Of a stretch of 64,000 nt of DNA, positions 12,901 to 22,696 are shown piece by piece (the first letter of the stretch is position 1; each line of letters starts with the position of its first letter). The position numbers and the translations under genes are program-made. The notes beneath the pieces were generated by a model. The model saw only the letters and a list, made by a program, of their open reading frames with translations. It made no database searches and had not been told where the DNA came from. Origin of the DNA: Lophium mytilinum (lineage: Eukaryota); the NCBI GenBank assembly GCA_010093605.1, contig MU004194.1:1278323-1342322 (forward strand), written 5' to 3'.

Positions 12901-14100
12901 GGGGCGCATATAGCTCTGTTAACTATAGAGGGGCTTATTAGGGCGGCGGGGTAGTAAGGGTTCTTATTGCTAGCGGTCGCGGCCGCGTAAGTAATCTTGG
13001 CCAGGTGGAATAGAAGGGCGACGTTCTGGCTTAGCGCCTTCTTTAGCTGTAATGTAGGCTATAAGCTCACGTTAATAGCTTATAGTAGCGGCGAGCTGCG
13101 TGGTAATCTTAGGGGGAGGGCTATTAGCGCGGGCTATAGGGCTGTAGATAGTAGTATTCTAGAGACTATTAATATAGACTTTAGTAGCGGTAAGGGCTTT
13201 TTTAACGTTCTTAATATAGGCTTTAAGCTTAGCGATGCGCTTAGCTAAAGCTTTGCCGTGGGCCTTAAGCTTAGTAATGCGCTTTACTGCCATCGCGTTA
13301 ATAGTATCTATCTAGGCGGTAAACGCTGCTATATTAGCAACATATTTATATATAATTTTATCTTTAGCGTTCCTAGCGTAGATAGCGTTATCTCTATCTT
13401 AGATAGCATTGTCGCGGTTATTATAGGCCTGGTCCCGGTCCTCTTTAGCTTTAATAATATCGGACTTGTGTTGGAATTTTATGTCGGCGATGGCCTTTTC
13501 TAGGCGCTTAATATTATTCTTTGCAGCTAGAAGGCGATTGTTTTGTCGCTAGATTATATTACAAGCTTGCTTATTAAGCTTGGCCTATACTTCTATAGAG
13601 GCCTTATTACGCTCTAGTTAGTTGCGTAGTTAATGGATCTTAGCTTTATATAAACGGGTTAATTTAAAAGCTATTACCTTATCTTTAGTAATAAAGTCTA
13701 TAAAGGCTTTAGCGTTCGGGACCTTATATATAATAGGGGCTTTATTAGCGTCTTATTTATCGACAGCGGAGTAATTAATAAGTTTATTTACTTTAAGAAT
13801 AGAAGTCTTAAAGGCGCCGGGCATCTTAGGGTAGTAGATGTAGCTACTGGCGTTAGGTTAATTAGGGTGTTCCTAAAGTTTATCTTTAAGGAAAGCGTTA
13901 TTATTAGTAAGGTTATCTTTAGTATTGTCTTAATTATAGTCGCGTGCGCGCTGTAAGTTTCTAGTAATTGTCTAGGAGTCTCCGGCCACGGTTTAGGAGT
14001 CTTAATTCTGGGAGTCTTAAGTTGAGGCCTAGGAGTTTAAGGGTACGAGGATAGTGCGCTATAAGAGGAGGTCTTAGAGCTTCTACATGCTAGTTATGCT
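6960..14100 (-). pseudogene. gag-pol of the Gypsy element, many RIP stops (approximate ends)
   Basis: De-RIP motifs: CCHC knuckle ~11785-11835, protease GDTGA ~11270, RT FTKLDIIAAF...KTAF...AYLDD ~9980-10200, NFYRRFI ~9720, RNase H NYEIYDKELLAIV ~9390-9430, integrase GHPG ~8440 and FSTAFHPETDGQTE ~7950-8000, chromodomain W.V..I.DSR...LQYRA...GY...W...DF...FH..YP ~7120-7310. Confidence 0.9.
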
Positions 14101-14224
14101 AAGGGGGTTAAGGTTGTCGGCTATAGTGTTAATGGCCGCGCGGGGTAGAGTATTGTAGTTCGCTAGCAGCAGATTATAGTTTAAGGACTTAGTAGAATAG
14201 TGGCTAGGTAGAGCGACTTTATAG

Positions 14225-14426
14225 TGTCACGGACTATAAGAGGCAAGGCACGGAGCACGGTGTTAAATAAGAAATAGGGTGTATTTACGAAGATAAAGTT
14301 GTGTAGAGGTAGAGGTTCTATATAGTGCAGGCTAAATATAGGCTAGAGGTGCAAAACCGCGCTAGCGCACGGGCTTATGTAATGTAGCCGAGGGCACGTA
14401 ATATATGCGGAGCTGGATCCGTTACA
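14225..14426 (-). repeat. 5' LTR
   Basis: On the + strand begins TGTCAC and ends GTTACA, followed by the TGCAT target duplication. Confidence 0.95.
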
Positions 14427-14814
14427 TGCATAGTAAGAGGTAGAGAGGGGGAGGGCTCTATAAGGATATTATTAATTAGGCTATTAATAGAGCCCTAATT
14501 ACTAGTATTATTAGCTATAGTATTATTAGCTATAGTATTATAGAGGTAGTAATTAATAGTATATAGAGTTTAAAGAAAGAAAAGAGTTAAAAAAGAGATA
14601 AGAATATATAGAAAAATAAATAATAGCTATTAAGCTTTACTATATAACTTTACTCTATACTAATATATAAGCCGTAGATTATTTACTAGCGCTAATACTT
14701 AAGCCTTAGCCTAGATAGTATATAAAAAATAGTAATACTAAAATAGTAATACTAAAATAGTAATACTATATATAGAGTATATATTAAATAGAAAGGCTAT
14801 ATAGAGTATATACT

Positions 14815-15799
14815 TAGGCCTTCTTCTCTATCTACTTTTTCTCTATCTACTTCTTCTCTATCTACTTCTTCTCTACCTACTTCTCCTCTACCTAATTCTT
14901 TCTTTTACCTCTCTTATATATATCTAGGTATACCTAAATCTACTCTAGCTCCTCTATCTATATATATACGCCTCTAGTAGTATAGTAGAACTACTTACGC
15001 GTAAATCTATTATAGTAACTACGCTTAATTATAGCCTATAGAAAGTTACTAAAGTTATAATATATAGAGTATAGATAGTAGTAGTAGTAATAGATCTACG
15101 CCTTTAGAGTTATAAAGGTTAATTTAATTAAATTAAAATTAGGTAAGTATAGTAGTAGGTACTTTATAATATAGCCCTGCGCCTAGATCTTATTAATAAT
15201 CTAGATATCTATATATATATTAACGTTATTAAGTATAATTACCTTAATAGCTCTATTAAATTCTTCTTAGAGGGCTAGTAGAAGCGTATTAATAACCTAG
15301 TTATAGAAGTCCTCTATATTAAAGTATTCTTCTCTTACTCTAGTATATAGTAGCTAACCTTTAAGTATTATTATAGTGTAGATACTCTATATCTTACTAT
15401 ACGCTATATTATTCTTATAGCGGGCAGCCTTTCTAGTCTACTTACGCTATTTAAGTATATAATAGATAGTAGGCTACAAGACCTTAATACTATATTCTAG
15501 AAAAAGCTACTTTATAATCTTATTCTAATCTCTCTAGCCTTCTTCTAGTAGCTACTTAAAAATCTTATCCTTATTAGCTTAAGTAAGCCTTTAAGGCCGC
15601 CTAGCTAATATAAATTAAGGTAAAATAGTACTACTAAATTATAATAGGTTCTATAGTGTTATATAGATAGTTACTAGTAATACTTAAATATATAAGGTAA
15701 TATTCTTTATAGGCTAACCTAGTATAAGAAGATGCGTAATATTAAGGCGTTAAGAGGTAGATATAGAGTATTAATTCTAGCAGCGCGTTTAGGTAGTAT
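14815..15799 (-). pseudogene. Tc1/IS630-type (DDE_3) transposase relic, DD34E
   Basis: Literal translation VIILNNVNIY...KYLLLYLPNFNLIKLTF de-RIPs to VIVLDN...YLPPYSPDFNPIE with 34 codons between D (15228-15230) and E; upstream GRPR/HTH-like region; 15-bp tandem repeats at the C-terminus (14821-14895); at least one frameshift. Confidence 0.88.
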
Positions 15800-15832
15800 A
15801 CGTGCGGAAAAGCTTATTAGTAAGGCTTACTA

Positions 15833-16019
15833 AATACTAGAAAAATATTAGTAGGTAATTATATAGCATAGGTAAGGAACCTTACTTATTATTATATAGG
15901 GGACGTTGAAAGGCTAATATTTAATTAGGTGGTGCTCCCCGCGATTCTTATATAAATTTTGGTGAGGAACGCCGAGAAAAAAACGCCAAGCGTTCTGTGC
16001 TATTTTGAATTCGACAAAT
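15833..16019 (-). repeat. Right terminal inverted repeat (187 bp)
   Basis: Reverse complement of 2986-3172. Confidence 0.95.
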
Positions 16020-16089
16020 TGACCTCCGCCTCTTCTCAAATTCCACCACACTGCCCCTCCACGAGAAATCCCGAAACCCCACCTCCGCC

Positions 16090-17246
16090 ATGGGCTCTCC
16101 GCCTTTTAAACCCAAATCCGCCCTGCCTACCCACCTCACCAACGGCTCCTCTCCCCTCCACGGCGCTGCGACTGAAACCCGCGACCGTCGCGAACGCGAA
16201 TCCCTCTTTGCTGCCATCCAATCCTCCAGCAGCACCGGTCGTCAAGCGATTGACTTCGACGATGGCCCTCCAAGACCGGACCTGCGAGCACCGGCACTGA
16301 ACAGGCCAACGACGACGAGATCGAGGGACCAACCCGCCAACAATGCGCATAGTGCGGTTGGAGACGAGCTCGAGGAGGAGCCAGCGCGGGATCCGAGGGA
16401 GGAAATCGCAAGTCCGAGCCCGCTGGGTATGAGCCGCGCGCAAAGCCCGTATACCCAGCATCCGACGATCGACTTCGATGGCTTGAGTTGGCCGAGTGAG
16501 TCACCTTTTTCTTTTTCTCTTCCCTTGAATGATCATTGCCGAATTGCTCAAGCTAATAGCTCTGTGCTTCTACAGGTCGCGGCACCCGTGAACGTAAAGA
16601 AGCCACCGAGGAGCAGAAGGAAGAGCGCCTGGAAAAGCTCGCAGGCGCAGTACGCACAATACTGGAATGTCTTGGCGAGGACCCGGAGCGTGAGGGGCTG
16701 TTGGGTACGCCGGAGCGCTATGCGAAAGCTATGATGTTCTTCACCAAAGGCTACGAAGAGCACCTGAAGGACATTGTAAACGGAGCTGTGTTCCACGAGG
16801 ACCACGATGAGCTCGTGATTGTGAAGGATATTGAGATATTCTCACTTTGCGAGCATCATCTGGTCCCGTTCACTGGAAAGGTATATACACCTGCACGGGA
16901 AGGTTTCATTGTGGTGTTGGCAAAAGCTAACGACATGCTTTAGATGCACATAGGATACATTCCCAATAGGCGGGTGATAGGTCTCTCCAAGCTTGCCCGC
17001 ATAGCCGAGATGTTCGCGAGGCGGCTCCAAGTCCAGGAACGCCTGACGAAGCAGGTCGCTCTGGCTCTCTCTGAGGTCTTACAGCCGCAAGGCGTTGCTG
17101 TAGTCATAGAATCTAGCCATCTTTGCATGGTTATGCGAGGTGTGCAGAAGACTGGCGCAAGCACAGTTACGAGCTGCATGCTGGGACGCATGCGCTCAAC
17201 CGCGAAGACGCGCGAAGAGTTTCTCAGCCTCTTAAACCGGAGGTGA
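16090..17246 (+). CDS. FOL2: GTP cyclohydrolase I
   Basis: Three exons (introns ~16496-16575 and 16881-16943); motifs [55 protein letters not shown]. Confidence 0.96.
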
Positions 17247-17409
17247 TCTCGTACTGCTTTTGCATACATGAAGCCTCGACAATCATTTCACATTTGCATG
17301 TGGCGGAAACCTTTTGGACTGTAAAATGTTTACATACGGTGTTATGGGGGCGTTCCAAATGGCGGCTATCTTATCATAGACCTCCCTAGTCCGGACGTTC
17401 GTCTTTAGT

Positions 17410-19236
17410 CTACTCTGCGTCTTCAACGTTCGCAGAGCCATTTTGTATTACCCCTTTCCGGGGTACCTCGAATATCACAGCTCCGTTCCTCCCATTCTTG
17501 AAAGTGGTCCACCGTGCGAGCCTATGCTCTTTTCCTACTGCTGCAACAACGCAGAGTCCGTCTTTGCCCCTATCGCCACGCTCGAAGACTGATATGTCGT
17601 TGACTATACCCCTGACCTGCAATCTCTCCTCTGTCTCATCATCGGAATTTCCAGCGTCCTTCCCGTTCACTCCGATAGGTGGTATCCTCCCAATAACGCC
17701 CACTTCTTCGATAGTCCTTTTCTCTGGCCCGACCCTCCAACACCTGATCCACCCATCCCAACTTGCGCTTAGAATCAAGTCTGCAAATGGTACCGTTGCT
17801 AGGGCTGTGATCCATCTCGGTAACTTGGGTCCTTCTCTATGATCTGCAGGATCCAGATCGGCCGACATCTCCTCCGCTGGTATAGGTGGGTCCCGGCCAT
17901 GGGCAAGAGGCAACGTAAATAGTGGTTTCTTCTTATGGGTTGACCACAGTGAAAGAGCGCCATTATCCGATCCAGTAACGAAGATGGTGCTGTCGAGAAG
18001 AGCCACACAGTCGATAGAGCCTTCAGCGTATGCCACGAAATCATCGTCTTGCTCAGCCGGCCCAGTGCCATTCACTCCCCTCTTTTTCAAGACGCTTTTC
18101 TCGTCCTCGTAGTGATGTATCCGAATCTTGTCCAGTTCTTTTTGTCTTGCCGTCCCACCGCCCCTGAACACAAGCTGACTCTCTTCCAACACCTTCCACA
18201 ATCTCGCGGTACGATCCCTTGCACCCACACTCACACACACTTCTTGTCCTCCATTTCCCTCGACACCTCCAGCGACGCCAACGACAATGTCCTGGTGTCC
18301 GAATAGAGTTTCTACATATGCAAGCGTGTCGGCACTCCATATCTTGATTGTACGGTCTGAGGAAGCTGAAAAGAGCTGGTGTGTACCACGACGGAAAGAG
18401 AGCGAGTTAATAGCTGCACGATGCTGGGTGAAGACTTTTAGGGGGGTGAGATTCTCGGCTTTCCAGATGATGAGTCGGGCGTTGGCGTCTCCAGTGGCTA
18501 GATAGGTCCCTGAGGATGAGACAGCGATGGAAAGAATCGGCGCCGTGTGTCCTAAATAACTGGGGTCCTTCCCTTTACTCTTTTTTCCTTTTGCAAAAGC
18601 GACCCGCCTTGGTCTCGTCCTAGGCGTGATATTCGTTGGCCTGCGCTCGCCATTGCTCTGTCCATCCAAGAGATGTGCCGGTGTAGCAACCTCCCACTTG
18701 ACAAGACTTAGATCCTTGCCAACTGTGTACACATATGGCGCAGCTGCTGCAATGCCCGTCACGACATTTTGATCTGCCCGAAAAAACGTATGTGTTGCGG
18801 CCTCCCAATCCAGCTCTTTCGCCAGGTACCGGTATATTTTTCCCTTGTTCTCCGCCACATCTTCAATAAGTCTTTCCGCGATGATGTCGCGATCTATGTC
18901 TCGGGCGTCGAATCCTACACCGTCGTCCTCGACTTCGCTTCGAATGTTCGCTAGGTAGCGCTCTGCGAGCCTCAAACGTTTTTCCGCCGCTGTCTCGTCC
19001 TCGCCGGCAGAGTCTTCAGACTCGGATGGTAGTAAGTCGTCTGCATCATTGTCAATCCCCTCAAAGTCGTCCGATTCGCTTCCAGATATTGACTCGGAGC
19101 GGTCTTTGCGAGCGCGGGGTGTGCTCTTTGCTTGTGAGGGTGCGGATGTGGTGTTGCGCTTTTTAAATGCGGGCGATGGGCCGTCAGGTCGTTTCCGTTT
19201 CCGCTGCGAGGCCGGAGTCGTGAAGAAGGAGGACAT
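17410..19236 (-). CDS. RRP9: U3 snoRNP-associated WD40 protein Rrp9
   Basis: Starts MSSFF; acidic N-terminus, ETAAEKRLRLAERYL, WD repeats, YVETLFGHQD, GARDRTARLWKVLEESQL, VGKEHRLARW. Confidence 0.92.
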   Translation of the reverse strand: MSSFFTTPASQRKRKRPDGPSPAFKKRNTTSAPSQAKSTPRARKDRSESISGSESDDFEGIDNDADDLLPSESEDSAGEDETAAEKRLRLAERYLANIRSEVEDDGVGFDARDIDRDIIAERLIEDVAENKGKIYRYLAKELDWEAATHTFFRADQNVVTGIAAAAPYVYTVGKDLSLVKWEVATPAHLLDGQSNGERRPTNITPRTRPRRVAFAKGKKSKGKDPSYLGHTAPILSIAVSSSGTYLATGDANARLIIWKAENLTPLKVFTQHRAAINSLSFRRGTHQLFSASSDRTIKIWSADTLAYVETLFGHQDIVVGVAGGVEGNGGQEVCVSVGARDRTARLWKVLEESQLVFRGGGTARQKELDKIRIHHYEDEKSVLKKRGVNGTGPAEQDDDFVAYAEGSIDCVALLDSTIFVTGSDNGALSLWSTHKKKPLFTLPLAHGRDPPIPAEEMSADLDPADHREGPKLPRWITALATVPFADLILSASWDGWIRCWRVGPEKRTIEEVGVIGRIPPIGVNGKDAGNSDDETEERLQVRGIVNDISVFERGDRGKDGLCVVAAVGKEHRLARWTTFKNGRNGAVIFEVPRKGVIQNGSANVEDAE

Positions 19237-20009
19237 GGTGGGTGAAGAAGAGGTGTGGGAAGCCTGGAGCTTTGCTGGTGATTTCTTCGAACTTTTTTTC
19301 GATGCGAGATTTCGGCAGGGGTGTTGTTGCGCTAGCACGGATAAGGGAAGGACTGATCCATGGTTTTGGGTAAACATACATCATCATCTCCTTTTTCCTC
19401 CTCTCATTACAATCAAAAATCCTTCTATGCCCTCGTAATTCACTCTAAGAGCACATGGTCAGTATGACACTCTGGAAAAAGGATTCAATAACGAATAGGA
19501 GCGGCTTTAGATCTTGAAGGCATTGCAAGCCATCGAGTTAGCATAGGGAGAGTAAAGATAGTCGATGAGTTTTGTTTTGTTCTTCGGTCTAGTCTTAGGC
19601 TTTCTATCTTGACTGCATGTTTTCTCTGATGCACATATCTTCTTTGCAGCTTCATAAATGATTATTCGATGCGTAACTCCTTCTATCTTGGACCAGATTC
19701 ACGGCGGCATCAAAAGCATGCAAAGAGCCTCAAGGGGCATCATCGGTACCGTAACGTTATACTAACGTGCATCATCTTGTGCGTTCGCCAACAGGAGGAC
19801 ACATTCGTTTTCTAAGAGTGCTCTCCGGCGACTGGTGTTTGCTTTTGCAGAACCCTTGACATTGCCCCGCCCACTCCAATTGTGTAAGCCGGCGTCTACC
19901 CATCTCATGGCAGTGTTCCAAGACGGACTCACGTCACCCCGCACCGAACGGCTCGTCAATTCTCTAATCTAAACACGCATTCTAACTCAATTTATTCAGA
20001 CACCCCATC

Positions 20010-21945
20010 ATGGCTCTCGCTAGCCTCAAGGACCATACGTCCGCCATACTGCAGTCATTTTCGTATGCGGAGCTGCTTGCAATCGCTGTAACTACTTATA
20101 CGATATACGTGAGTAACTTCATCTTCGCTCCAGTAACGAAGCTACAAGAAGCTTCACGGCTCACAAAGAAAACTGCATCGGGACTATCGAGGGCCTTACT
20201 AACCAAGCGGTTGATTAGAGCGTCTTAAGAATCGTTTATCGCCTTACGCTCCATCCTCTCGCAAAGTATCCCGGCAACTTCATTGAGAAAATATCCGATT
20301 GGCCCACGATTTACTACTGTTATTGTGGCGATAGACATCTACGTATTCAAGAAGCACACAGGAAATATGGTAAGATCGATGTGTCCATCTACCGTCCCAA
20401 ATCACGTCCTTTGGTTGTTCTCCATTGCGTTTGGAAACGAAGTTGCCTCACACTATGCATGCAATCACACGTATCTAACTCTATCTAAAGGCACTGTCGT
20501 CCGAATCGGGCCTAATATGCTTGACTTCAACACCGCAACTGCTCTCAGCGCCATCCACCGCGATAAAAACGCCAATGTGAAGAAAGCCGATTGGTACCAC
20601 ACCGTAGACGCCGGTTCAGGAGCCAGGAGTGTTCAATCTGTAGTGGACAAACCTTACCATGCTTTCAGGAGGAAGATGCTTCTCCCTGCTTTCTCGGAGA
20701 CAGCGTTGAGGGAGCATGAGAAATTCGTCCATAACAACGTCACGACCTTGATTGACGAGATGTGCAAAGAATGCAATCAGGGGGATGACAAAAGCGCATG
20801 GACAAGCCCTGTAGATTTCATGCTCTTTGCTGCATGGTATGGATTCGATTATACAGCTGACCTGGCTTTCGGATCGCCGATGGGGTTGCTGCAAAATGAG
20901 CACAGATATGTGCCGGATGTAGTGAAGTGGACAAGCCAGTTCTTATACTATGTAAGCCACTCCACGTTATTTCTCCGTCCTTGCCAATCCGAACTTTAGA
21001 TCAAGCATCGAAGCTTACAAACTCCAGGTTGGCTATCTCCCATTCGCACCACTCATCCGCCCCATATTGATATACACCTCAATAATGAAACACATCCCTT
21101 CAAAGAACACCCGCGACACTTACAAATTCTTCCAAATTGGCGAAGAAAGACTCATAGCACGCCAAGCTGCAGAAGAGCGATCGGTCAAAAATGACAAGGA
21201 CGTCCGCCGCGATATCTTCCACTTTATCTTCCACGCTCGAGACGAATCCGGTGTCGCGCTCTCACAAGAGGAGATGATTGCAGACGCCTCTTTCTTCCTC
21301 GCTGCGGGTAGCGACGGCGTTGGTATTGCGCTGGGCGCCGCGCTGTACTACCTTCTCCAAAACCCAGAAACGCTGAAAATTCTCACGACCGAGCTGCGAA
21401 GCTCATTTGCGTCAGCGGATGAGATCCGCTTGCCGAAGCTGAACCAGCTTCCCTACCTCTATGGCGTCGTTGAGGAAGCTTTGCGGATGGTCCCTTGCGT
21501 TGCGTCCCCGTTTCCCCGCGAGGTCCTTCCCGGCGGCTTGACTATCGATGATCTGTACATCCCCGCCGGAACCGTGGTTGGCACGTCCCCGTATGCGCTG
21601 CATCATAACGAGGACAATTACCCGGATAGCTTTGCGTTCAAACCAGAGCGCTGGTTGGGAGATGAGGAGAGCGTAGCACGGGCGAAGAGCGCGTTCAATA
21701 CGTTCAGTGTCGGCCAGTATAACTGTATTGGGAAGAATGTGGCATATCTTTCTATCAAGCTTGTCATAGCGAAACTGCTGTGGGAATATGAAGTCAGAGT
21801 ACCCGAGGAGGTGGGCTTGATTGGAGGAGGGGGAAGAGGTGCGTGGAAAGGGGATTTGAGAAGGGAGAACGAGTATCAGTTGCTGGACTATCTGGTGGGA
21901 TATAGGGAGGGGCCGATTGTGCAATTTCGGAAGAGGGAGGTGTAG
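20010..21945 (+). CDS. Cytochrome P450 monooxygenase
   Basis: Multi-exon; HPLAKYPG, VVRIGPN, AGSDG (I helix), EEALR, PERW, heme motif FSVGQYNCIG. Confidence 0.92.
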
Positions 21946-22696
21946 TGGGAGGCATGAAGATCTGGAGGTGTAGGAAGAGCTGTGAGGTCTACATGAGGCT
22001 CCTTCTAGTAAGATTCGCACGTCGGTTATTTTTCTGAGCGCTCAGTCCTTTCCTATGATTAGAAATTACTGGCACCAAAGGCACGAACATTTTCGAGTGT
22101 GAGACCATCTCGACTTCCAGAAGTCAACCATACACTGCAACCTGTGCTAGGACTATTAGAACTAGAGTGAATCTATTAACTTCCTTTCTGGTTTCAAAAT
22201 AGTCATGATAGACACCATGTCCCTTACTTAGCACCATCACATGGAACCGTGTTTTGTCCGGACCGCGAGACAAAGACTCCTTTCAGTTCAAAAGAAAAGA
22301 CCTCGATGTATTACCCCAATAGAGCGTATCCTTTCAAGCACATTGCCTAATGTACGGAACTACTCGCCATCTAGAAGCAATGCCTGCAAGTTTGTTTGCG
22401 TGTTGAGATAGAAAATCAGTTTTTCGCGACCTGTGGACCCCTCCAATTAGTGATTGGTGTGGGCAGGGCGAAATTGGATAAGAGTTCGACATTTGGGATA
22501 TATAGCTAACAAAAGTCCCTCAATCTACAATCATTATTTGTATGAAGGCTCCGTGAAGAGTATTAATAGAGCAAGGGGCTTCTATTTCTCTTCAGACATC
22601 TACGGATCTGTCCTTTTTGTCCCAAACGTCAAGATATATTGGTCCGATTCCTAAAACTCCGTCCTATGCGCGCTCTAGCCACTACATATATAAGAA

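Larger units (their letters stand above)
6565..14426 (-). mobile_element. Full-length RIP-mutated Ty3/Gypsy chromovirus LTR retrotransposon (7862 bp)
   Basis: 202-bp LTRs (TG...CA), 5-bp target duplication TGCAT at 6560-6564 and 14427-14431, PPT-like tract (minus strand AGGGGGGTAG) at 6767-6776, domain order gag-PR-RT-RNaseH-IN-chromodomain. Confidence 0.96.
2986..16019. mobile_element. RIP-inactivated Tc1/mariner (IS630-Tc1, DD34E) DNA transposon with accessory ORFs, carrying a nested LTR retrotransposon
   Basis: 187-bp inverted repeats at both ends; TpA-rich, CpA/TpG-depleted interior; relic DDE transposase at 14815-15799. The true element ends may be 3053/15952 (TA target site). Confidence 0.88.

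Noticed and set aside
6973..13503. Short ORF-track entries inside the Gypsy element
   Set aside because: Off-frame or antisense by-products of the RIP-mutated gag-pol.
2986..16019. Starship or other giant cargo element
   Set aside because: No tyrosine recombinase (DUF3435) relic seen; the element has long TIRs and a DDE transposase.
19458..19649. Possible intron (GTCAGT...CTGAT...TTTGCAG) of a non-coding snoRNA host transcript divergent from RRP9
   Set aside because: C/D and H/ACA boxes are only partial matches and I could not identify an rRNA-complementary guide; needs an Infernal/Rfam or snoscan search.
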